The translations under genes were made by a program, and so were the position numbers. Positions 17,601-30,500 of a DNA stretch of 64,000 bases are shown in pieces; position 1 is the stretch's first letter, and each line of letters begins with the position of its first letter. The DNA is from Hormiphora californensis (lineage: Eukaryota > Animalia > Ctenophora). Location of the stretch: positions 7,688,001 through 7,752,000 of the forward strand of contig CM035358.1 in NCBI GenBank assembly GCA_020137815.1. Direction: 5' to 3'. The notes below the pieces were generated by a model, which was not told the DNA's origin, made no database searches, and saw nothing but the letters and a program-made list of their open reading frames with translations.

Positions 17601-18381
17601 ATCTCTCCCCCATCTCTCGATTCCCAGGTGTGTCAGCTCCACGCATCACCTTGCGATGTTGTATACACAGAGTACCGACCTACACCCCTACAACATTACA
17701 TCTTTCCTGATGGGGGAAACGGGATCTTCCTGGTTGTAGATGAAAAGGTACAGAACATTCGTTTCACAGAAGGAACCATCTAGCAAATAGTCAACTGTAT
17801 AAGTATTCTGTGAAAAATAATCTCATTTGTACTGTGCGAATCTGTACTAGCCCAGAGGTCTTAAAATGTGTTCAATATTGATGTAATTTCAGAGAATTTT
17901 CCGACAAGAAAACTTTGAAAAGGCGATGGCATTTCTGCAGGAGGAGGGTGGAGGAGGAGGTGGATTTGGAAAGAGGAAGGGAAGGAGGGGTAAGGGACAT
18001 GTACATTTTTGCACCCACTCCCATCGTCCTCGTAGAAGGAGATTAAAATTTTGTGACTGATCTTTCCTGTCTCCCATCTCACTCGCCCTCAATCCCTCTC
18101 GATACTCCCCTCTCCTTTCCCCTATAGGTTCTACCATCTCTAACATACCTCATCCTATTCTAGGTGCGGCGGATGTGTTTAGTATAGTAAAGATGATCAT
18201 GGAACGATCACTGCAACCTGTTATTGTATTTGCCTTCTCGAAAAAAGATTGTGAAAGCCATGCTCTTCAGCTGTCCAAACTAGATTTCAACACCGCCGAA
18301 GAGAAGGCGTTAGTTAGGGAAGTTTTTGAAAATGCCACGGATGTTCTGAGTGATGACGATAAGCAGCTCCCTCAGGTTCGA

Positions 18382-18456
<75 letters not shown>

Positions 18457-18461
18457 GTCTC

Positions 18462-18510
<49 letters not shown>

Positions 18511-21500
18511 ATCTCTGTCTGTCTGTCTGTCTGTCCCTCTGTCTGTCTCTCTGTCCCTCTGTCACAGAGATGTTACAGTATGCAACATTGCAACACTACG
18601 TCTACGGTGTGTAGGTTTGTGTCGCACAGTGTGCGTGTGTGTGTCACAGTTCCTTTTCACCAGTTTTGTAGCGCGCGACACAACCCACCTGTATAATCGG
18701 GTAATGTCAGCAATTTGCGCGCACATACAGCCGCCTTTATACCCTCCTCGCCTCACCGTGTGTTGTTCCACGGCCCACTTCGAGCTTCAACCACTGGACA
18801 GAGTGCAGACACTGGACAGAGTGCAGACACTGATTAGGCCACACTAAAATAGCATATTTAATGACTGATATGACTGCTTCCCTACAACAACTACCCTCCC
18901 TTCCAGGTGAGCAAGGTTCTACCCATGCTGGAACGGGGTATCGGAATCCATCACGGAGGTCTCCTCCCAATCCTCAAAGAAGTTATCGAGATCTTATTCC
19001 AAGAGGGTCTTATCAAGGCACTATTTGCCACGGAGACATTCGCCATGGGACTGAACATGCCTGCTAGGACTGTAGTGTTCTCGACCGCTAAGAAGTTTGA
19101 TGGAACAGATATGAGATATATAACCAGTGGGGAGTATATCCAGATGAGTGGGAGAGCAGGAAGGAGAGGTTAGTAACACGTGTCAATGTGATTCCTCAGC
19201 TACTCATGTTCCTATTGTTGTAACAGTCAACATTGTTACAGTCACACTAACGTGATCTCCAGCTTTTTGTGCCCAATATCTTGCTTTGTTCGACCATAAC
19301 AACCCAATATTGTATTCTCTCTCGAGTCGCCTGACACATTGTACTCTCTCCAGGTGCCCAATATCTTGAGTTGCCTAATATTTCAACAATTTAAATTCTC
19401 TCCAGGTATTGATGATCGTGGTATTGTGATTTTGTGTGTGTCGCATAAGATGGAGCCGGAGGTGCCACGAGATCTGATCCAGGGTCAAGCTAACCCTCTT
19501 AACAGTGCCTTCCGTCTCACTTATCACATGGTATGTAACACTTTTAACCGACTAATTGAACCCGGGTTGAACCCTTAGTACTAACTCAATTTACTCAGTA
19601 GACAAAAGTATCATCCTAACAAATTATATTCTCTCCAGGTGTTAAACTTGTTGAGAGTTGAAGACGTTAACCCTGAGTTTATGTTGGAGAGATCATTCTA
19701 CCAATACCAGAACACTTCCTCTATACCATTCCTTATGAAGAAACTACAGGTATGTACCACTGTGCGGTGGGGCGGAAATTACAGGTAAGAGAGATTGTAA
19801 TGGCCAGGTATGTATGGGAGATTCGATTGTAGTGGCCACTTTTTCGAGTATCAATCCTAATCAAAGGGGCGGGTAAAGAAAAAGGGGCCGGTAGCTAGCT
19901 ATCAATTGTAACTTTGGTTCCATACAAGTTACAACCCACTATTTATCCGTCACATCTTATCCACTGGTTCTCACTAGGCTGCAGAAGCGGAGCACAAAGC
20001 GATAGCAGTACCGAATGAAGAATCAGCGAGGACGTTCTTCAACCTGCGACAACAGTTAGCTAAACTTCAGAAGACAATAGTTTCATATATCCACAAACCA
20101 AGGTATAAGCCTAATATAACTCGTTCCTTTACTAGACTGCTACTACAGAGTGCCTGGGCTCGCTAACTCGTCCTTCCTTGTTTTAACAAGAATAAATGCA
20201 TTATAATGTTTCATAATGCTATGTTTCCCCGCCAACCTTTAATTTCTAACACGAAGGCGGGACAGACATTTCGGATCATTCATAAATCAACCAAACAGTA
20301 TAGAACAAATCCTTGTGTTTTAGTAGCACTAAATTGTGCGCCACATTGCGGAATTGCGCGGCACACAATTCCTGAAAACGTGTCAATGAAGTGGTTTATG
20401 AAGGAGCAGGTTGTTGTTGTGTGTGCGGCTCTAGTTGCTACATGTTGCCCCTCGCAACCTGAAACGGGACAAGAGAGCTGACTTGCTACACATAGTCACT
20501 ATATCCGTTTAGATTTCTAAACCCCTATGCCTTTTTGCAAAAGGCATCCGGGTGAAGGCCGAAGGCCTTCACCCGGGCGGGGAAAAAATGTTGGATTTCA
20601 AAGGCATACTGTTGTATAAATTTGATTTTTTATATAAATCCAGCATTAAGCATATTACATATATAACCATTTGTTGGAATATCAAAGCTAGGTAAAATGG
20701 TACCATAAAAGTGTCTGGCCATCAATTGATTAATTCGTCTGAAGAACAAAACGAATTATACGAGACTCAAGCTGCCTCAATTCCATCTGTTAATCCCCAT
20801 CACATCCAAGGTGGCCCATAAATTATGAGGCCGGGGGACGAGCTGTACCTCCGAAACGGTGATAGTTGTGCAAAAACAAACTACGGGAACATGCTGGAAC
20901 AATTCCTTGGTAACTTTTTGCAAATTTTGAGTTTTTTATTCAAAAGTTCATTTTTCATTCATGAACTATTTACACGTTCATTAATGAATTAAGGACTCTA
21001 ATTTACCGAGAGTGAGCCATTTTGTTTGGGTTGAATTTATCTTTCCAATGAGCACCATGAAAATCAAATTGAAGCACCAGGTCACATGGCAGTTGAGAAA
21101 ATGCACATGCATGATTTTGGCTCTTCCTGCGACTTTCAATCAGCTGTATCACGGCTACCTTTTGTTCAATCTTTTTAAAAATTTGGGTGAACATTGGATA
21201 AGCAAAGATCTTTGCTCACAAGAAAAATCAAGGTCAAAACTGAAAGTTCATTTTTGAGTGTTGGTAGTTCATTCCACTCATTCAGGAACCAACATCCCTA
21301 AAGTGATGAAAAGTGATTGGTTTTGTTTGGCCCATACCCTGCGATGATAAAGAGGTGTAAAAACACGTTTCCGGGCTAGTTAGTGGGTGTCCATGTGATC
21401 ATGATGATATCTGACACCTCTTCTGAGCCATAATCAAGGGATTTTCTCGAATTCAAGCATGTGATTTGGGTTATCTGTGATTGGTATCGTGCAGCAATGT

Positions 21501-24500
21501 TGAGAGATCTCATAGCACCTCGAAAATTATGATTAGCTCAATGAAATGAGTTGATTTTGGATCGAAAATGGTAGTTTAGTTCATTTTGACGTCTGTTTTA
21601 ATCTCTTCTATCATAAATCAACTCATTTCATTGAGCTAATCATAATTTTTGAGGTGCTATGAGATCTCTCAACATTGCTGCACGATACCAATCACAGATA
21701 ACCCAAATCACATGCTTGAATTTGAGAAAATCCCTTGATTATGGCTCAGAAGAGGTGTCAGATATCATCATGATCACATGGACACCCACTAACTAGCCCG
21801 GAAACGTGTTTTTACACCTCCCTATCATTGCAGGGTATGGGCCAAACAAAACCAATCACTTTTCATCACTTTAGGGATGTTGGTTCCTGAATGAGTGGAA
21901 TGAACTACCAACACTCAAAAATGAACTTTCAGTTTTGACCTTGATTTTTCTTGTGAGCAACGATCTTTGCTTATCCAATGTTCACCCAAATTTTTAAAAA
22001 GTTTGAACAAAAGGTAGCTGTGATACAGCTGATTGAAAGTCGCAGGAAGAGCCAAAATCATGCATGTGCATTTTCTCAACTGCCATGTCACCTGGTGCTT
22101 CAATTTGATTTTCATGGTGCTCATTGGAAAGATAAATTCAACCCAAACAAAATGGCTCACTCTTGGTAAATTAGAGTCCTTAATTCATTAATGAACGTGT
22201 AAATAGTTCATGAATGAAAAATGAACTTTTGAATAAAAAACTCAAAATTTGCAAAAAGTTACCAAGGAATTGTTCCAGCATGTTCCCGTAGTTTGTTTTT
22301 GCAACAATTATGTCACCGTTTGGAGGTACAGCTGTCCCCACGTGCTAAGAATTATTGGGCCACCTTCCTACTATACACCACAACCCACAACTCCGTAGTC
22401 CCGACTGGCCAATAATCGTAGCGTCGGCGCGGCAGCCGCGGAGAGAGCTCGAGTAGGGCGCGCGGACGGAGGCAGGAGCCCGCCGAGCTCGAGCTCCCCG
22501 AGAGGGCGCGAGAGCTCGCGATGAGAGAGCGAGCGAGAGAGCCAGCGCGCGAGAGAGAGAGGCAGCGCGAGCAGCGAGATCGAGACGACCCGGGACAGCA
22601 GACTGGCGCGCAGAAGTCTGCAGGACTCAGGCCGAGACGAATCTCGAGAGCTCTAGGAGCGCCAGAGAGAAAAGAGAGGGGCAGCAGAGACAGAGTAGCT
22701 AAGGAGAGGCGAGAAGAGAGCGGAGAGAGAGAGCGAGAGAGGAGAGGAGAAGAGGAGTGAGAGTAGAGAGGGAGCTAGACCACCGAGAGGATGGAAACGT
22801 GAGAGTGTACTACTAGACAAGAATCGGCGCTGGCGGGCTATGCACTTCTGATAAATATCGGTCATCCTAGTCTATCATGAACACTTTCAGATCTTCTCGA
22901 CTCTTCTCGACTATCTCTCTTCTCTATATATATATATATATATGGGGGGGTGCAGCCCAAAAAAAACCAACCATACCCTGTATTTTCAAAAGTGTTGATT
23001 TTTTCCCCGCCCGGGTGAATGCCGAAGGCATTCACCCGGATGCCTTTTGTAAAAAGGCATAGGGGTTTAGGATTCGACAATTTTAGTTTTACATACTAGT
23101 GAGGTGTCACGCTTTGATGTAACGTAACCTCCTGAGTTGCTGTTGGTAACTATCCAGTGCGGAATGTTGTCACTTACTGACTGAACACAACAGGAAATTC
23201 GCGCGCATGTGCGCGGCGCCCTTATGTTGCACTTGTGATTACAATTGTTCATAGATTTGTCATCGCGCCCTACGTCATTGTGCAATGAACATTGTTCTGC
23301 ATTTGTGATCGGAACTGCGACTTATTATTACTAGGATATCACATAGCTCAGGCAACCCATCAGCTATACCGGCTCACGTATCAGTGCCCAATTAGAAGCA
23401 GGTGTGGCAACTGGCACATGCCAGATCACATGGTTGGCGGGGAAACCAGGCGATATGACATCATATCGCAATTATTCTTGTTTTTGGTCGTTTTTGATTT
23501 TTTTTGATTTTTTTTGATCTTTTTTGATTTTTTTTTGATTTTTTTTTGATTTTTTTTGATCTTTTTTGATTTTTTTTTGATTTTTTTTTGATCTTTTTTG
23601 ATTTTTTTTTGATCTTTTTTGATTTTTTATATCGTTTTTGATTTTTTTTGAATTTTTTTGATCGTTTTTGATTTTATTTGATCGTTTTTGATTTTTTTTG
23701 AACTTTTTGTTCAACATTAAACAATCAAAAAAAATCAAAAACGATCAAAAAAATTCAAAAACAATCAAAAAAATTTTCCCCGCCCGGGTGAATGCCGAAG
23801 GCATTCACCCGGATGCCTTTTGTAAAAAGGCATAGGGGTTTAGGATTCGACAATTTTAGTTTTACATACTAGTGAGGTGTCACGCTTTGATGTAACGTAA
23901 CCTCCTGAGTTGCTGTTGGTAACTATCCAGTGCGGAATGTTGTCACTTACTGACTGAACACAACAGGAAATTCGCGCGCATGTGCGCGGCGCCCTTATGT
24001 TGCACTTGTGATTACAATTGTTCATAGATTTGTCATCGCGCCCTACGTCATTGTGCAATGAACATTGTTCTGCATTTGTGATCGGAACTGCGACTTATTA
24101 TTACTAGGATATCACATAGCTCAGGCAACCCATCAGCTATACCGGCTCACGTATCAGTGCCCAATTAGAAGCAGGTGTGGCAACTGGCACATGCCAGATC
24201 ACATGGTTGGCGGGGAAACCAGGCGATATGACATCATATCGCAATTATTCTTGTTTTTGGTCGTTTTTGATTTTTTTTAATTTTTTTTGATCTTTTTTGA
24301 TTTTTTTTTGATTTTTTTTGATTTTTTTGATCTTTTTTGATTTTTTTTGATTTTTTTTGATCTTTTTTGATTTTTTTTGATCTTTTTTGATTTTTTTGAT
24401 CGTTTTTGATTTTTTTTGAATTTTTTTGATCGTTTTTGATTTTATTTGATCGTTTTTGATTTTTTTTGAACTTTTTGTTCAACATTAAACAATCAAAAAA

Positions 24501-27500
24501 AAATCAAAAACGATCAAAAAAATTCAAAAACAATCAAAAAAATTCAAAAAAAATCAAAAACGATCAAAAAAAATCAAAAACGACCAAAAAAAATCAAAAA
24601 CGACCAAAAACAAGAATTATTGCATTATGTATTCATAATGCTGTGTTTCCCTGCCCTACCGTTTCACATGTCAGTGACATTGTCACTGCCAACAGGATCA
24701 AGGCTTGGTCATAATGTAATGGGAGATGCATACGATCTAGCTGTCAGTATACTTCTCACATAGCTAACTCCCTATCACATGACACTTGCTAACCAGCTTT
24801 TGACATTCCAACTTAACTACTTATCTAACCTCTCACACTCGACTCACAAGATGAAAATGTGTATGTAACACGCGAAACACGCGGCAGCGCTATTCATGTT
24901 TTGTTGAGTGGCGCGCGCATACACGTCCATGAAACTGTGTCAATGAGGTGTTTGATGAAGGAGTAGCTCGTCACTGTGCGCGCGGCTCTAGTTGCTACAC
25001 CGTTGCCCTCGCAACGAAAGTGTGACCAAAAAATGTCCCTCTACCGATTAGTTAGTATACCAAAATGTCGTTTTCGAATTCTAACCCTGCTATGCCTTTT
25101 TACAAAGTAAAAAGGCATCCGGGTGAATGCCTTCGGCATTCACCCGGGCAGGGAAAAAATCAAAGAAATTTCAACCAAAAACGACCAAAAACGACCAAAA
25201 AAAACCAACCATACCCTGGGTTTCGGAAAAAGTTTGAATTTTTTTGGGGCTGCACCCCCCCCCCCCCCCATATATATATCTCTATCTCTATCTCTCTTTC
25301 TTTCTCTCCCTCTATTTCCAGGTACGTTCTATCGTTCCTCCAGCCGGGACGACTAATCCAAGTGAAGCACAACGAGGATAACTGGGGCTGGGGTGTTGTG
25401 GTGAACTTCCAGAAGAAGGGAAAACAGGAAGGTAAGAACATGGAGAGGGAGAGATAGAGAGAGAGGGAGATTGGGGAATGAAAGAGAGAAAGAGAGATGG
25501 CTGGGGTGTTATGGCGAACTTCCAGAAGAAGGGAAAACAGGAAGGTAAGAACATGGAGAGGGAGAGATAGAGAGAGGGAGAGATTGGGGAATGAAAGAGA
25601 GAAAGAGAGATGGCTGGGGTGTTATGGTGAACTTCCAGAAGAAGGGAAAACAGGAAGGTAAGAACCTGGAGAGGGAGAGATAGAGAGAGAGGGAGATTGG
25701 GGAATGAAAGAGAGAAAGAGAGATGGCTGGGGTGTTATGGTGAACTTCCAGAAGAAGGGAAAACAGGAAGGTAAGAACATGGAGAGGGAGAGATAGAGAG
25801 AGAGGGAGATTGGGGAATGAAAGAGAGAAAGAGAGATGGCTGGGGTGTTATGGTGAACTTCCAGAAGAAGGGAAAACAGGAAGGTAGGAACATGGAGAGG
25901 TAGAGATAGAGAGAGGGAGATTGGGGAATGAAAGAGAGAAAGAGAGATGGCTGGGGTGTTATGGTGAACTTCCAGAAGAAGGGAAAACAGGAAGGTAAGA
26001 ACATAGAGAGGGAGAGATAGAGAGAGGGAGATTGGGGAATGAAAGAGAGAAAGAGAGATGGCTGGGGTGTTATGGTGAACTTCCAAAAGAAGGGAAAACA
26101 GGAAGGTAAGAACATGGAGAGGGAGAGATAGAGAGAGGGAGATTGGGGAATGAAAGAGAGAAAGAGAGATGGCTGGGGTGTTATGGTGAACTTCCAGAAG
26201 AAGGGAAAACAGGAAGGTAAGAACATAGAGAGGGAGAGATAGAGAGAGGGAGATTGGGGAATGAAAGAGAGAAAGAGAGATGGCTGGGGTGTTATGGTGA
26301 ACTTCCAGAAGAAGGGAAAACAGGAAGGTAAGAACATGGAGAGGGAGAGATAGAGAGAGGGAGATTGGGGAATGAAAGAGAGAAAGAGAGATGGCTGGGG
26401 TGTTATGGTGAACTTCCAAAAGAAGGGAAAACAGGAAGGTAAGAACATAGAGAGGGAGAGATAAAGAGAGAGGGAGATTGGGGAATGAAAGAGAGAAAGA
26501 GAGATGGCTGGGGTGTTATGGTGAACTTCCAGAAGAAGGGAAAACAGGAAGGTAGGAACATGGAGAGGGAGAGATAGAGAGAGAGGGAGATTGGGGAATG
26601 AAAGAGAGAAAGAGAGATGGCTGGGGTGTTATGGTGAACTTCCAGAAGAAGGGAAAACAGGAAGGTAAGAACATGGAGAGGGAGAGAGATAGAGAGAGGG
26701 AGATTGGGGAATGAAAGAGAGAAAGAGAGATGGCTGGGGGTGTTATGGTGAACTTCCAGAAGAAGGGAAAACAGGAAGGTAGGAACATGGAGAGGGAGAG
26801 ATAGAGAGAGAGGGAGATTGGGGAATGAAAGAGAGAAAGAGAGATGGCTGGGGTGTTATGGTGAACTTCCAGAAGAAGGGAAAACAGGAAGGTAAGAACA
26901 TGGAGAGGGAGAGATAGAGAGAGAGGGAGATTGGGGAATGAAAGAGAGAAAGAGAGATGGCTGGGGTGTTATGGTGAACTTCCAGAAGAAGGGAAAACAG
27001 GAAGGTGAGAACATGGAGAGGTAGAGATAGAGAGAGAGGGAGATTGGGGAATGAAAGAGAGAAAGAGAGATGGCTGGGGTGTTATGGTGAACTTCCAGAA
27101 GAAGGGAAAAACAGGAAGGTAAGAACATAGAGAGGGAAGAGATAGAGAGAGAGGGAGATTGGGGAATGAAAGAGAGAAAGAGAGATGGCTGGGGTGTTAT
27201 GGTGAACTTCCAAAAGAAGGGAAAACAGGAAGGTAGGAACATGGAGAGGGAGAGATAGAGAGAGGGAGATTGGGGAATGAAAGAGAGAAAGAGAGATGGC
27301 TGGGGTGTTATGGTGAACTTCCAGAAGAAGGGAAAACAGGAAGGTAAGAACATAGAGAGGGAGAGATAGAGAGAGGGAGATTGGGGAATGAAAGAGAGAA
27401 AGAGAGATGGCTGGGGTGTTATGGTGAACTTCCAGAAGAAGGGAAAACAGGAAGGTAAGAACATAGAGAGGGAGAGATAGAGAGAGAGGGAGATTGGGGA

Positions 27501-30500
27501 ATGAAAGAGAGAAAGAGAGATGGCTGGGGTGTTATGGTGAACTTCCAGAAGAAGGGAAAACAGGAAGGTAAGAACATAGAGAGGGAGAGATAGAGAGAGG
27601 GAGATTGGGGAATGAAAGAGAGAAAGAGAGATGGCTGGGGTGTTGTGGTGAACTTCCAGAAGAAGGGAAAACAGGAAGGTAAGAACATGGAGAGGGAGAG
27701 ATAGAGAGAGAGGGAGATTGGGGAATGAAAGAGAGAAAGAGAGATGGCTGGGGTGTTATGGTGAACTTCCAGAAGAAGGGAAAACAGGAAGGTAAGAACA
27801 TGGAGAGGTAGAGAGATAGAGAGAGAGATTGGGGAATGAAAGAGAGAAAGAGAGATGGCTGGGGTGTTATGGTGAACTTCCAGAAGAAGGGAAAACAGGA
27901 AGGTAAGAACATGGAGAGGGAGAGATAGAGAGAGGGAGATTGGGGAATGAAAGAGAGAAAGAGAGATGGCTGGGGTGTTATGGTGAACTTCCAGAAGAAG
28001 GGAAAACAGGAAGGTAAGAACATAGAGAGGGAGAGATAGAGAGAGGGAGATTGGGGAATGAAAGAGAGAAAGAGAGATGGCTGGGGTGTTATGGTGAACT
28101 TCCAGAAGAAGGGAAAACAGGAAGGTAAGAACATAGAGAGGGAGAGATAGAGAGAGAGGGAGATTGGGGAATGAAAGAGAGAAAGAGAGATGGCTGGGGT
28201 GTTATGGTGAACTTCCAGAAGAAGGGAAAACAGGAAGGTAGGAACATGGAGAGGGAGAGATAGAGAGAGAGGGAGATTGGGGAATGAAAGAGAGAAAGAG
28301 AGATGGCTGGGGTGTTATGGTGAACTTCCAGAAGAAGGGAAAACAGGAAGGTAAGAACATAGAGAGGGAGAGATAGAGAGAGGGAGATTGGGGAATGAAA
28401 GAGAGAAAGAGAGATGGCTGGGGTGTTATGGTGAACTTCCAGAAGAAGGGAAAACAGGAAGGTAAGAACATGGAGAGGGAGAGAAAGAGAGAGGGAGATT
28501 GGGGAATGAAAGAGAGAAAGAGAGATGGCTGGGGTGTTATGGTGAACTTCCAGAAGAAGGGAAAACAGGAAGGTAAGAACATGGAGAGGGAGAGATAGAG
28601 AGAGGGAGATTGGGGAATGAAAGAGAGAAAGAGAGATGGCTGGGGTGTTATGGTGAACTTCCAGAAGAAGGGAAAACAGGAAGGTAAGAACATAGAGAGG
28701 GAGAGATAGAAGAGAGGGAGATTGGGGAATGAAAGAGAGAAAGAGAGATGGCTGGGGTGTTATGGTGAACTTCCAGAAGAAGGGAAAACAGGAAGGTAAG
28801 AACATGGAGAGGGAGAGATAGAGAGAGGGAGATTGGGGAATGAAAGAGAGAAAGAGAGATGGCTGGGGTGTTATGGTGAACTTCCAAAAGAAGGGAAAAC
28901 AGGAAGGTAAGAACATAGAGAGGGAGAGATAAAGAGAGAGGGAGATTGGGGAATGAAAGAGAGAAAGAGAGATGGCTGGGGTGTTATGGTGAACTTCCAG
29001 AAGAAGGGAAAACAGGAAGGTAGGAACATGGAGAGGGAGAGATAGAGAGAGAGGGAGATTGGGGAATGAAAGAGAGAAAGAGAGATGGCTGGGGTGTTAT
29101 GGTGAACTTCCAGAAGAAGGGAAAACAGGAAGGTAAGAACATGGAGAGGGAGAGATAAAGAGAGGGAGATTGGGGAATGAAAGAGAGAAAGAGAGATGGC
29201 TGGGGTGTTATGGTGAACTTCCAGAAGAAGGGAAAACAGGAAGGTAAGAACATGGAGAGGGAGAGATAGAGAGAGAGGGAGATTGGGGAATGAAAGAGAG
29301 AAAGAGAGATGGCTGTGGGTGTTATGGTGAACTTCCAGAAGAAGGGAAAACAGGAAGGTAAGAACATGGAGAGGGAGAGATAGAGAGAGAGGGAGATTGG
29401 GGAATGAAAGAGAGAAAGAGAGATGGCTGGGGTGTTATGGTGAACTTCCAGAAGAAGGGAAAACAGGAAGGTAAGAACATGGAGAGGGAGAGATAGAGAG
29501 AGAGGGAGATTGGGGAATGAAAGAGAGAAAGAGAGATGGCTGGGGTGTTATGGTGAACTTCCAGAAGAAGGGAAAACAGGAAGGTAAGAACATAGAGAGG
29601 GAGAGATAGAGAGAGAGGGAGATTGGGGAATGAAAGAGAGAAAGAGAGATGGCTGGGGTGTTATGGTGAACTTCCAGAAGAAGGGAAAACAGGAAGGTAA
29701 GGAACATGGAGAGGGAGAGATAGAGAGAGGGAGATTGGGGAATGAAAGAGAGAAAGAGAGATGGCTGGGGTGTTATGGTGAACTTCCAGAAGAAGGGAAA
29801 ACAGGAAGGTAGAACATGGAGAGGGAGAGATAGAGAGAGGGAGATTGGGGAATGAAAGAGAGAAAGAGAGATGGCTGGGGTGTTATGGTGAACTTCCAGA
29901 AGAAGGGAAAACAGGAAGGTAAGAACATAGAGAGGGAGAGATAGAGAGAGAGGGAGATTGGGGAATGAAAGAGAGAAAGAGAGATGGCTGGGGTGTTATG
30001 GTGAACTTCCAGAAGAAGGGAAAACAGGAAGGTAAGAACATGGAGAGGGAGAGATAGAGAGAGGGAGATTGGGGAATGAAAGAGAGAAAGAGAGATGGCT
30101 GGGGTGTTATGGTGAACTTCCAGAAGAAGGGAAAACAGGAAGGTAAGAACATGGAGAGGGAGAGATAGAGAGAGGGAGATTGGGGAATGAAAGAGAGAAA
30201 GAGAGATGGCTGGGGTGTTATGGTGAACTTCCAGAAGAAGGGAAAACAGGAAGGTAAGAACATGGAGAGGGAGAGATAGAGAGAGGGAGATTGGGGAATG
30301 AAAGAGAGAAAGAGAGATGGCTGGGGTGTTATGGTGAACTTCCAGAAGAAGGGAAAACAGGAAGGTAAGAACATGGAGAGGGAGAGATAGAGAGAGGGAG
30401 ATTGGGGAATGAAAGAGAGAAAGAGAGATGGCTGGGGTGTTATGGTGAACTTCCAGAAGAAGGGAAAACAGGAAGGTAAGAACATGGAGAGGGAGAGATA

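Noticed and set aside
22370-22900. GC/CpG-rich island-like segment with an Arg/Glu ORF
   Set aside because: Follows a decaying inverted arm and reads like a garbled (GA)n tract; probably low-quality sequence.
21003-24714. Duplicated short ORFs (63-88 aa, some Lys-rich)
   Set aside because: They lie in inverted or tandem repeat arms and in A/T-run repeats; no protein features.
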